A stretch of DNA of 62,897 nucleotides, counting the filler, from Pelomyxa schiedti (Eukaryota > Protista > Evosea), in assembly GCA_020536535.1 (NCBI GenBank). It is 7 parts of 7 records of this genome, joined end to end, with 100 filler letters (N's around TTAATTAATTAA, not from the genome) between each part and the next. Parts side by side here need not be neighbours in the genome. Positions count along the whole stretch, not along the records: positions 1 to 19,922 come from JAHLWZ010000256.1; positions 20,023 to 21,532 come from JAHLWZ010002455.1; positions 21,633 to 26,199 come from JAHLWZ010001582.1; 4 more parts are not named here. One strand, written 5' to 3'. This document shows positions 10,563 through 21,750 of the stretch, one piece after another. Made by a program: the position numbers and the translations under genes. Within the stretch, counting starts at the first letter, position 1. Each line of letters starts with the position of its first letter. The notes beneath the pieces are model-generated. The model ran no database searches. It saw only the letters and a program-made list of their open reading frames with translations, and had not been told where the DNA came from.

Positions 10563-13500
10563 ATGTCTGCTACGCACAAGCGGCACCCCTCGCAAGCCAT
10601 ACAGCGCAACACAAAACTAGGTCGTGCGGCCCTGCCCGTAGTCCTCACTGACGCACCAAAAAGGCGCAGGACCGCCGCACCACCACCCCCAAAGTCATCG
10701 ACGCCCACGAGTGCTTCCACTAACAGATCGACAGTACACCACGGGATAGCAACCGCAACCAGCAACACAATGAAAAACCCTGAGACCCCAGCGACGAGGA
10801 AAAACCCCGTGACGACTCGCCCGAGCCAGAATCAGCAACGTGCCGCCGTTACACCTACTGCCCGCGAAGAAGACGACGACGACGACGAGGACGAGGACGA
10901 GGAAACGAGGACCGACCCGGAGCCACCCCCCCTTACTGGCAATTCAACTACCACAGACAGGACCTGCCGGCCCCTACCAATACGGCGAAAACAGCCACTT
11001 CCCATAATACCCCCCTACAGCAACAGCAACAGCAGCAGTAGCGGCCACAAGCCGATGGCCACCAGGAACGTGGACCGTAATCAAACAGGGAACCAGAACA
11101 GTATGAATGGTCACCACAAGGGTGCCATTCCCAAATCGTGGTCGTCAGGGAGTTCAGAACCCATAAGTGCACATGGAAATAAAGGCACTGAGACTGGTGA
11201 GGGGGAGGTCACAGAACCTGCACTGCAACAAACACCTCCCATTGTTCCAAATTCCACCTCCAAACAAAGTGAAACCTCCAAGGTTCCAACATGCCACAAA
11301 AAATCGCCTGTGGCTCCGCTATCCACGAAAAATAAAAAGCCAAAACCAACAACACCTGCAAAAACCCAGAATCATGGAAACACCGCACTTAACACTGGAA
11401 GGGCAATGGGAATATCGGACAAGTTCTCCCAACAATCAATAACCACTTCTGTGTCACAACCAACAAAGTGCCCTTTCCAAGTGGAGGTTAAACCTAAAAC
11501 ACCTGAACCTTCAAGCCGGCAGTTAAGTGCGAATGCAAGGGAAGCCAAAGCCTCCAAAAGAACAAAAAAATCTGAACAAGGAGCAGAACTAAAAACTGCC
11601 AATCAAAGCCAGCCAATCCAAAGCTGTAGAAGTAGCTGCACAACACAAAATACTTCACGAAGTGTTCAATCAATAAGCTTTGTGGAAAATGGGAGAGGCA
11701 CCCCACCATTGGAGGGAATGACAGAGGAAATGGTGCTGAGGTGTGTGGATGGGAATTTTCCTGTTCCACCTGATGCAACCTACTTGGTTCCTCCTTATAC
11801 AACCAGTGTGGACCTCTCCACTTTTGAATGCAGGCAGGTTTTTAAGTGGTTTCTTGATGGCAATGAAGGTGACATTTCTGATGAACTCTACAATAAGGTA
11901 CCTCTGCCCTTCACAGTCTCGATATTGACACCATTTAGGCCTGTACATGTTTGGTAAAAACGGCCTTAAACATATGTAAAAAATATTGTGAATCAAAAGC
12001 AGCAGCTGAGGCGGCCAGGGCAGTTGCCGAAGCAAAGGCTAAAGCAGCCATGGAGAATATAGTTGTAAAACGTATGTTTCATGAAGTCGAGAGTAGCAAA
12101 TTTATCATTCATTTTTGCAGATAATCTTGATACCGTCAGCAAGGAGGCTATGAATGAACTTAGGCGCTATTACATGACTGGGACAGGGATGGTTGGCTCC
12201 TGCAAAATTCTGGTTGAGTTAGAAAAGACAATCAACTCTGTTCAAAAAGCCCCATTTGGCCAAGGCATCGACAAACCCTTTATTATTCTGGATGGGTCAT
12301 CTGGAATGGGCAAGACACAGCTGGCCTTCTCGTTGAAAGAAGATGTCATGTTTGTTTTTTACCCTCTCTTCTCTCATTTTCCTGGTGCTGGAGGCCTTCT
12401 TGCTTGCTGACTCTGAGCAGATACCTTGTTTATAGCGGTGAGAACCAGGATATATACAAGTGCTTTTCACATTTATCAAGTGCATTCAGGCAGTCCGTTC
12501 TCAGAGACTCTGGGTATCTTAAGCAGATCGAAATATCACCACATTGCCATTTCTTGTTTTATGAACAGGCATTGTTGTGGACCACAGCTTTCTTTGACTG
12601 GTGCTTTGGAGAACAGTGGGACCCAAATACCAGGAAACGCAGGATGAGAAATACCCTACATTCCAACTCATCACTGGACCCAGACAGCAGCAACACAGAG
12701 GAGCAATACCCACGGAGACTCCCATATAGCCTTTTGGGAGGGATTAACCACCAAATCACAGGTCCAATGACCAATAGTAACTTTTTGGAAAAGTGGTCGT
12801 GGTTACTGAGAAAGCCTGTTATTTTTATAGACGAGATGCCAGGACAAAATAAGAAGGAACAACTTGTGTTTATGAGAAATCTGTGCCGAACTTTGGGCCT
12901 CACTGTTATTTTGTCTGGCACAAACTCCAGAGCGGTAAATATGCTCAGTACTGACTCGTCACGAATTGAGTCTACCCCTTATCTGTGGTGCCATTTGTTC
13001 CCAAGGCCTTCACCTCCAACACCGATTTCATTGAAAGCATCAAGGGTGCCAAAATATGATCAAATTCTGGCCAAGTGCAACGAAATTGACCCAAGACTTG
13101 CCGATTTCGTCAGGAAGTGCAGCGTCACCTGCAGAGGGTTATTTGTCCTTGCCATGTTGCGTCATTTGGAAGTGACACTTCTGGGTCCCGTGTCTGCACA
13201 CCCTCAAGGCATAATATTATCGCCACTGGAGGTACTGGATGACCTCATGGCAGCGATGTATAGCACAGTGCTTCTGAAGAAGAACTCCATTTACACAACC
13301 CAAGTTGGTCGTTCTGGACAGGTGTTGATGTATTTCTCTGGGATCAAATGTGCATCAGAGGTTATCTCCAAACACTTTGCGTACCTGTATCTTAAAAGGA
13401 AGGATGCTGCCGAAGAAGAGAGTGGTCGGCTTGAATGGCGCTTCTGGCGTAAGGATGGCATCGTTGTGGAAGAGTCGCACAAGGACTTTCCTTTGGATGC

Positions 13501-14434
13501 CACCAAGTTTTGTGGAAACATATATTCACGCCCATACTCCTTCTTCCCCACAATTGAATGCGAACCGCTTCTGTTCCTGTCACTCTGTGCGAATTACAAA
13601 TGTCCGTTCAGCTTCTTGAATGAAAACAGGGAAGGAATTCCTCTTTGCCAGGCTTGGCTGAATCGTGACTTGCTTGCTCAAATTCAGAGACATTTAAAAA
13701 CCCAGACTGAGAGGAGCACAAAGAGCGATGGCTCGATACTGGAGCAGTACGCCGGAGTTGCCATTGCCGCAGCATCGCATCGTGGTGGACTGCAGGGCCA
13801 AAAGGTTCTTCCTTTTCTCACAGCTTTGGTTTACCACCTCTGCGGGAGTCGTTGCTCTGCCAAATTTGAGCGACTAGTCAATAAAAGGTCAATAATACCC
13901 AAAAGCATGCAAGACATGAAGATACCTTTCCTGGCACCACTTGATGATATATTCCCACCATCATTGAAAGCGATTCCCGGTGTGAACGTGGTTGAACTGG
14001 TGAGAACAGACGATCAATCCCAAATGAAAGCTGGCAGCTGCCTGATCGTCGAAGCCAAGGACCACAAAAACTTCGGGGCCTCTGATGTTGAAACAGTGTT
14101 ACGCAAATTCAATCGCCATGCAACAGCGGAGCCACAACTCTGTTTGCTATTCCAGAAGGTGATGAACAAGGACCCGTATGTACTGCACACAACAGGGCCT
14201 ATTTACCAGTTCCGGGTTGAACGGACAGAAGGGATAGAGGCTCTCAGGTGCCTGACACCTAAGTATGATGGGTGTGGAAAAAAACCCTCGAATAAACAAG
14301 GTTCGCAAACCCAAGCAGCACCCTCAAGCAAGGATCCTGACATCAAAATAAATGGCCTGTGCCTCATTTTCGAAGTTGGGAATATCGACCCCCCAGAAAA
14401 CCTCGTGATCGTCCCTGAAAACAGCTTATACTAA
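10563..14434 (+). CDS. Crinkler (CRN)-type P-loop NTPase + PD-(D/E)xK-like domain protein with long disordered N-terminus; about 4 exons
   Basis: Walker A FIILDGSSGMGKTQLAF; QDIYKCF; Walker B VIFIDEMP; FMRNLCRTLGLTVILSGTNS; SDGSILE...AASHRGGLQG; IPFLAP...LVRT...LIVEAKDH. These motifs are characteristic of CRN NTPase-REase proteins. Confidence 0.8.
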
Positions 14435-14509
14435 AAAAAAATGCAATTTTCTGTTGGTCAGATTAGATGGTTCCTTTGTTGTGTTGTCGTGTCCTTTCCA
14501 ATTTGCCGT

Positions 14510-14720
14510 TGTCGGACTTCAAAGAGGCCATGGAACAGTAGTCGGCGATTCCACTGTGGCTGCAGCCTTGACAAGTGCTACGAACAAGGAAGCGGCGTTG
14601 GGCAGGGCATTCAACAAGGCAGCTGAACTTTACAAGAGGGCTGCCGACTTAGGCGAAGCCGCGGTCGGCTTTGTGCCGCCTCGGCGTGTGCTTCCAGAAT
14701 GGAAAAGGTGTCAGTAAACT
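14510..14720 (+). pseudogene. Frameshifted SEL1-like repeat remnant
   Basis: Fragments CSLDKCYEQGSGV, NKAAELYKRAADLG and RLGVCFQNGKGV lie in different frames, and there is an in-frame TAG. Confidence 0.7.
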
Positions 14721-14807
14721 TGGTGGGCAATGCCTCTCGGGGCTGAGTCCGTTGTCTTGATCTTTCTTGTTTCTCGTTACAACAAAGATCGCCCACGAAA
14801 ACTCGTT

Positions 14808-17800
14808 ATGGGAAACAGCGCGAGCACGACCGCTGAGGCACCGCCACCAATGCCACGAGTTCTTCGGAGCGTCGTGAGCTACGACGAGTTCCAGAGGGCA
14901 GTCCGCGGCCGCGCCGAATCCTTCGCGAAGATGGCCCAGTGTGTCACCCCCGGCGACGTGCAGCGTGCGAAAGAGAGCCTGATTGTCGCGAAGAACTTCA
15001 AGGTGTTGATGCAGATACCTGCCCCTGGTGATCCCTGGTATGGCAGTGCAGGCGGGGGATCTTCCAGCACCGGTAGGCTCCTCTTTCCTCCCATTCTTCA
15101 TTCAGTCACGCTTTCCCACTCACGAACGACGTGCATGGCGGTTGGCAGATCCAAATGAATTGACAGGGCTTTCGTATGAGGTGAGGTGCATCGGGGATGG
15201 GCACCCAGAGTTATTCAGGGACCAGTGTTACGTACTAAAGGCTATCTTCAGGAACGGTCTCGGCACAAGGAGTAATCAAAATGCTAGCTTGGAGGTGGGT
15301 TTATTCTTCTCTCTCTCATCATTCATGGAAAAATTGGGGTTCTTACTACCTCTGAAGAATGAGTACCTCGTGCCAACCACATTGGCTCCACACCCAAACA
15401 TCAGTCAATATTTCTGTCAGTTTACTGACCGCATCCCGCTGGAGGGGTATGGCTACCCCTCCCGTTATGGTCTCGAGATTCTGCGGGCGGTTGATTGGGT
15501 TGTTCATGACTTTAATCCAGTGGGATTGAGGCAATTGTTGAGCCACCACAACAGCCCCACAGCTCTCGAATCAGGAGTGGCATTCACCCCTATGACCACC
15601 ACACCATGGCCCATTATTCACAAGTACTCAAGGGATATTTGTGCGGCTCTTGTACATCTTTTCGTGAATCAAACCATTCTCTTTGACATCACATTGGACA
15701 ACATCGTCCTTTCTTCTGTATGTCGCTGTATCTTTTTTGGCTCCAGCGCACTTAAGTGGATCTACTCACCCGAAACAAATGCACAACAAACAAAACAAAA
15801 AAAAAGAACAAAGAGCAAGCAATTCTGATTGACATTGATCGTGCCATAAAATTTCCGAGGACAGAAAACATGGCATTTGAGACTGAAGCAGCTTCTCTCA
15901 TTTCGGTTTTGGGAAATCAAAGTCACGCCGCTCCCGAAATCGTGACGGGAATGGGACAATACAGGGCGAACCCTGATCGCAGTTTAATTCTGTGCTGTGA
16001 CAAGGTATCCATCCATTTCCATTCCAGCAACACAGCTGTTTCTCACATGAAAAAATCCACTCTTTCTCTCCATGGAAACAGCAACCGTCCTTTGCACTTG
16101 GATGTCTTTTGTTTGAAATTGCAATGTGTGGACAGCATCCGCTCCCAAAATATCCAGCTGGAAGCTATTGGTTAGATGGGAAGATAACATTCCCGTTTGA
16201 GAGCCTGAAACCACCAGCATTCCCAAAGGAGTTCTGCAACCTCGTTGGATCACTGTTGAAGTGCGATCCTGAAGAAAGGATGCCTCTGTTGGAAGCATCT
16301 GATGTGCTCTCAAACATTGATCCTCCGTGCTCTGGGGATCTCCTCTCGTTCTACTCTTATGTTGCTCCTCATCTGACAAATGATGCAGGTTTGGGAGAAA
16401 TATCACTTTTTTTTTCACTTATTCATATCCCCCATTCAGGAGCCCTGACAGCCAAGGCAACATATCAGATTCTTTATGGTGGTTCTGCAACAGAGTGTAT
16501 TGGCACCCTGCACAAAGCCCTCCAATTGGAACCCTTGTTCTCACCTGCTTTGTTGCTTTTGCATTACCTCAACTCTGCATGTTCTGCCTGTGATTACGAC
16601 ACAAATAAGAAGTGGTATTTTCATCAACAAAGAATCCTTGGAGCTCTCACAGGCAAGACAGCCACATTCACCACCTCAGATGATGAATTTCTCAGGACCA
16701 CAATCACCAAGACAAACAGAAGCACACTCCCTGAAATGGTTTTGACGGCACTCTGGACAAGGCACATTTCCCATCAAACTGACGACTTCCACAACGCCAC
16801 TCAGTTGATTTTGCAAAAGGCACCAACAGCTGCACTTCATCGGTGGCATCGTGCGCAGACACTGTCTCAATTCTCAGCGTTGGCCTGCCGGTTTTTGAGG
16901 CATGTAATTCACACACGAAACGAAATGATGATGGAAGCACTTTCACAGTTAGAGCTGGGAAGCATTGACTCTGCCCTTGACCTCGTTGCTGATGCAACTT
17001 TCCTGTTTGGCTGTGAGATGAAGATGAACAACTTCGATCGTGTGTCATTTCATTTATGTCCTTTCTCCATTCAACTTAAAAAGGAGAAACATCATTGGAA
17101 CAGAAGTCGCATGAGTGTGAGTACCTGCCTGGATTGTTGTTCCTTTGTTGCCTTCGCTGTGTTATCAATGACCACGTTGCACTGCATCGGCGCATACCAT
17201 CAGGCTTGTCACTCGCTTTTTCTTGTTCCCTTTCTGCTGCTGAGGAAATGAAAGCGCATTGCTTGGATGTTCTAAGCAATGAAACAGCAGCCACATTTGA
17301 ATCAGAGTGGATTGACCTGGTCAAAACAGCAGAAACAAAAGGCCAAGTTGACCAACAAGTATCACCCACGACAGCAACAGAAGAGAACCAACGGCCATCA
17401 CCAGCGTGCATGTATTATGTTGGCTTGTGGAGGACTTTGTGTTCAGACAACAACCGGTCTGCAAGCGAAAGTGCAGCACATATTTGGGAGAAAATGAGTT
17501 CAGGGATGTTCTCAACTTGTGATCCCCATTCCATTTCCTCTGCTACTGTGCAGATACAATGGAGCGCGTCTGCTCTGTTGCGAGTGGGTGTATGCTCTCA
17601 CCTTGGAGTTGGAGGTGTTGGAAAGGACATGGGCAAAGCTGTTTCAATTTACAAGCAGGCTGCCGATGCTGGTGATGCCACTGCAACATACAATCTTGGG
17701 ATGTGCTACTTTGAAGGTGATGGTGTTGAAAGGGACATGAGGAAAGCGGTGACACTGTTTCAGAGGGCTGCTGATGCGGGCAAGACCACAGCCATGTGCA

Positions 17801-18204
17801 ACCTTGGTGTCTGTTACCAGAAAGGCACTGGGGTTGACATGGATATTCACAAGGCAGTTTCGCTGTTCCAGAGGGCTGCTGATGCTGGTGATGCCAGGGC
17901 AATGTGCAACTTAGCCGTGCTTTATCACTGTGGCACTGGTGTTGCAAGAGACACAGGGAAGGCAATCTCGCTTTTACAGCTGGCCGTTGATGCCTGTGAT
18001 GCCACGGCAATGTCCAACCTTGCCGTGTGCTACGAACAAGGCAGAGGTGTCAACAGGGACATTGACAAGGCAGTGGAACTGTACAGCAGAGCTGCACGGC
18101 TGGGCAAAGATTGCGCCGTTTTTCGACTGAGAGAGCTGACCGCACTACAACAATCACAAGGACGGTCAGGCCAGTGGTGGGAAAACAAAGTAGTGCACGA
18201 ATAG
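14808..18204 (+). CDS. Putatively N-myristoylated atypical (PINK1-like) protein kinase or pseudokinase fused to a helical region and about 4-5 C-terminal SEL1 repeats; multi-exon
   Basis: Starts MGNSAS. Kinase motifs: YVLKAI, NE (alphaC), LAPHPNI, catalytic loop ILFDITLDN, LIDID in place of DFG, GNQSHAAPEI, CDPEERM. SEL1 repeats such as AMCNLGVCYQKGTGVDMDIHKAVSLFQRAADAG lie in the last exon. Confidence 0.85.
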
Positions 18205-18272
18205 ACGTATATTTATTATTATAACACACCGTGATTGACTCTTCAGGGTTTTTTTGTGAGGTAATCAAAGCT

Positions 18273-19922
18273 ATGGGAAACCGAAATGTTAGTGCCGTTG
18301 GCTACGGCAATTTCCAGAGGGCCATGCGCGACCGCTCTGCGTTCTTCGCGAAGATGGCGGCGTCTGCACCTGCGGAGCCAGGCACGTCGGGCGTGAGCAC
18401 GATTGTCGCCAGGAACTTCAGGCTCGTGAGGCCAATACCAGTGCCGACCGGTTACCGTGGCAGTGGTACCGTCTCGTTCATTCGCATTCGCCCTTCATTT
18501 CTTCGCGTTTTTTTATGAGTTACGCACACATATGGCAATGACAGGGATTTCGTATGAGGTGAAGTGCATTGGGGAGGGACACCCAGAGTTTTTCGGCGAC
18601 CAGTCTTATGTATTAAAGGCTANNNNNNNNNNNNNNNNNNNNNNNNNNNNNNNNNNNNNNNNNNNNNNNNNNNNNNNNNNNNNNNNNNNNNNNNNNNNNN
18701 NNNNNNNNNNNNNNNNNNNNNNTTCGCGTTTTTTTATGAGTTACGCACACATATGGCAATGACAGGGATTTCGTATGAGGTGAAGTGCATTGGGGAGGGA
18801 CACCCAGAGTTTTTCGGCGACCAGTCTTATGTATTAAAGGCTATTCATGGCTTGACCACGACTGGTGTTCAAGGCGCACTTGAGGTGTCTTGGTCTTTTT
18901 TCCACCCAATCATTTACCATTCAGCCATTTTCCCGGTTCAGAATGAGTCCCTCATAGCGGCTACATTGGAACCGCACCCAAACATCAGTCAATATTTCTG
19001 TCATTTCACTGACCATATCCCACAAGAGTATTGCCATCACATCCCACAGGAATACAAGGAGCTAGCATTTGACACAGTGCACAAGAGGATGAAACCATGC
19101 GTTTGGGTTGTCCTCGAGCACCATTCTGAGACAATGGAGCAATTTTTGAGACACCTCAACAGCACGGTGGCTCCCCAAAATGCCACAGCAACAACCACCC
19201 TTATAACAGCCACACCGTGGGCTATTGTTCATAAGTACTCAAGGGATATTTGCGCGGCTCTTGTGCATCTTTTCCTGAATCATACAATTTACTTTGACAT
19301 CAAGTTGGACAACATCGCTGTGTCTTCTGTGTGTTTCTATTAATCCAACATAAGCGCTGAAGCAAAGAAAATCACACAAAACCAAAAACAGAACAAAGAG
19401 CAAGCAATTTTGGTTGACTTTGGGAGTGCCTCAAAATTCCCAAAGGCGGACAGCAGTACAGGCAGTACATTTGAGATTGAAGCAACTTCTCTCACTTCGG
19501 TGCTAGTAAACCAAAGTCACACAGCTCCCGAAATCGTGAATGGAATTGCGAACTCCAAGCGGAACCCCGATAGCAGTTCAATTCTGTCTTGCTACAAGGT
19601 AACCATTTTCAGACATGAACTGCTTCTCACATGAAAAACAGCAACCGTCATTTGAACTTGGCTGCATTTTATTTGAACTTGCAATGTTTGGGCAGCATCC
19701 ACTTCCTGGATATCCTGCTGCCTATGGACAAAGTGGCGAATGTCAGGTCACATTCTCACTTGAGAGTGAGGAGAATTTCCCCCTGAAACCACCGGCATTC
19801 CCAAAGGAGTTCTGCAACCTCGTTCGATCATTGTTGCAGTGCGATCCTGAAAAAAGGATGCCTCTGCTGGAAGCTTCAGAGGTGCTCTCAAACATTGATC
19901 CTCCATGCCCTTACGATCTCCT
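18273..19922 (+). CDS. Tandem paralog of the atypical kinase(-SEL1) gene, 3'-truncated by a gap
   Basis: Starts MGNRNVS. Motifs YVLKAI, LEPHPNI, IYFDIKLDN, LVDFG, HTAPEI, CDPEKRM. Intron positions match the upstream copy. Confidence 0.83.
18623..18722. other. Assembly gap with duplicated flanks (18502-18622 = 18723-18843)
   Basis: Identical 121-nt sequence on both sides of N100; probably an unmerged overlap. Confidence 0.9.
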
Positions 19923-20022
19923 NNNNNNNNNNNNNNNNNNNNNNNNNNNNNNNNNNNNNNNNNNNNTTAATTAATTAANNNNNNNNNNNNNNNNNNNNNN
20001 NNNNNNNNNNNNNNNNNNNNNN
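19923..20022. other. Artificial contig linker N44-TTAATTAATTAA-N44
   Basis: Six-frame stop spacer at 19967-19978 inside the Ns. Confidence 0.97.
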
Positions 20023-20051
20023 ATTAATTTTAATTCTGTTCTCATTTTAAG

Positions 20052-20396
20052 ATAGAATCAAAACGAATCTGTCATCAAGATCAACGGGGTGTTTGTGATC
20101 GTTCACAAGCACAACCGCTTGTTGATTCCCCAACACCCGTTGAGCAGACTACGATAACCGCACAGGCTGCCCGCAATATGACTGAGACGTCTGTACATAC
20201 AGAGACCAATGCACACACAACCGCAGATCCGACCCTGACACTGAGGCAACAAGTCGAATCTCTGAAGGCCTCTGTGGGAGAGTTGACAAAGCAGAATGAG
20301 CAGGTAATTTCCTTTTTGTCCAATTTCGGGCGGTTTATCACTCCCGCTATCACAAACAGCTCCAATGTGAAAACAGACAGTGCCGTGCCAATTTGA
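20052..20396 (+). CDS. Terminal exon of an unknown gene with a short coiled coil (5' part lost in the gap)
   Basis: Open frame ending ...LTLRQQVESLKASVGELTKQNEQV...SAVPI*, preceded by a plausible TTTTAAG acceptor. Confidence 0.35.
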   Translation: MESKRICHQDQRGVCDRSQAQPLVDSPTPVEQTTITAQAARNMTETSVHTETNAHTTADPTLTLRQQVESLKASVGELTKQNEQVISFLSNFGRFITPAITNSSNVKTDSAVPI

Positions 20397-20636
20397 AGGA
20401 GGCTCTTGATTGTTATCAAACGATAAGCCGTAATGTTTCACGGCTTGAGACCCTCCATCAAGAATCCATAGTGGCTGCAACATCTTCACTCACAACCTCC
20501 ACCAATCATCCCTGAAGAGGGACTGTAATGTAAATGAAACAATAATCAAGAATCCATGGATGGTCACCATCACGAACGGCACTTGACGTTCAAAACCAAA
20601 AAAAGAAGAATAAGATTTTTTTTTCTTGAAGGGGTA

Positions 20637-21532
20637 TTACAAGAAAGCAGAGACGGGGTTGTGGATCCTCAACCTTGGCTCCCTCTCCATGTCATGTGCC
20701 CTTGTGTTTGCGTTCCTTTGCTTGTTGCCTTTGTTTTTTGTTGTTTTGGTGGTGGAATTGGTGGTTGAGGGAGGGAACTGTACTGTTGTGAGGAGGCGGC
20801 CGGCACCACTCTCCAGGCACGCTTCAGTGACCTTGATCTTGCCGGTGGATGGGAACACATACGAGAGAAACCCACCCACTTCAGCAACCACCTGCGTGCA
20901 GTTTGGCATGAGACTGATCACCCTCAGCGCCTTGCTAGTGTTGCCGATGTCCCAGATTTCAAACTTGTGCGGCCTTGAGATGCAGAACAGGCTGGCACTC
21001 AGCTGTGACAGGCTGATTGAGTCGGTGCCAGGATCCTCACACAGCTTCGAGATTGCCCCAGAGTGCTCTTGTATCCTCCACACAACACTGGTCTCACGTA
21101 TGTGTTGTAGAGGTTGTAAAGGCCATGTGAGTATAATGAAGGAGCGCTTTCCCCCTTTCTTTGTGAACACAAGCCCAGTCTCGTGGTAGTTATGCAACTC
21201 AGAAAAGGAGTATGATGTTGACGGACTCAGAACTTGACAAGCACCAGTGGCTGAAGTATTGGCAAGGCTGGCAACCATCAGTGTTTTGGAGGGACTATCA
21301 TCAAAGTTGCACCAAATCATGCAGAGCTCGTCAGGATCCAGCTTGTTGAAAAACATCAGATTCATCTGGGCCATTGGCCTTCCTTGGTACACTGGGAAAA
21401 GACGTATTTCCGGCTGGTTGAAAGTCGCCAGGCTTGCAACACTGACAGATGCGGCACCATCATAATTAACCCACCACTTGTGATTGGCCTCATTGCTACT
21501 CATTCCAGAACGTATCCGGCTGTGATCCCTCA
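20637..21532 (-). CDS. Member of the expanded beta-rich family (body only; 5' end in the gap)
   Basis: Shares family motifs ANHKWWV, FNKLDPDE, LSQLSASLFCI, EIWD...KALRVI and VVAEVGGF. Confidence 0.75.
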
Positions 21533-21632
21533 NNNNNNNNNNNNNNNNNNNNNNNNNNNNNNNNNNNNNNNNNNNNTTAATTAATTAANNNNNNNNNNNN
21601 NNNNNNNNNNNNNNNNNNNNNNNNNNNNNNNN
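21533..21632. other. Artificial contig linker
   Basis: TTAATTAATTAA at 21577-21588 within Ns. Confidence 0.97.
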
Positions 21633-21750
21633 CGTGCGTCGACGACGGGGTCGATAGTGGCGCTAACCACAATCTTCTGCATCCTGGTTGATTCACCTGT
21701 GGTGATTCTCATCTTTGGATCTGATTGTCGGAAAAAAAAAAAGACAACCG

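Noticed and set aside
10491-14502. Possible terminal inverted repeats around the CRN-like gene (TTGAAAAAGGGGA vs reverse complement of GTCCTTTCCAA)
   Set aside because: The match is too short and imperfect and no target-site duplication is visible, so it is not called a mobile element.
19967-19978. TTAATTAATTAA recurring six times at the centre of N runs (possible dispersed repeat or TTAA target site)
   Set aside because: It is always embedded in exactly N44...N44; it is an artificial six-frame-stop contig linker.
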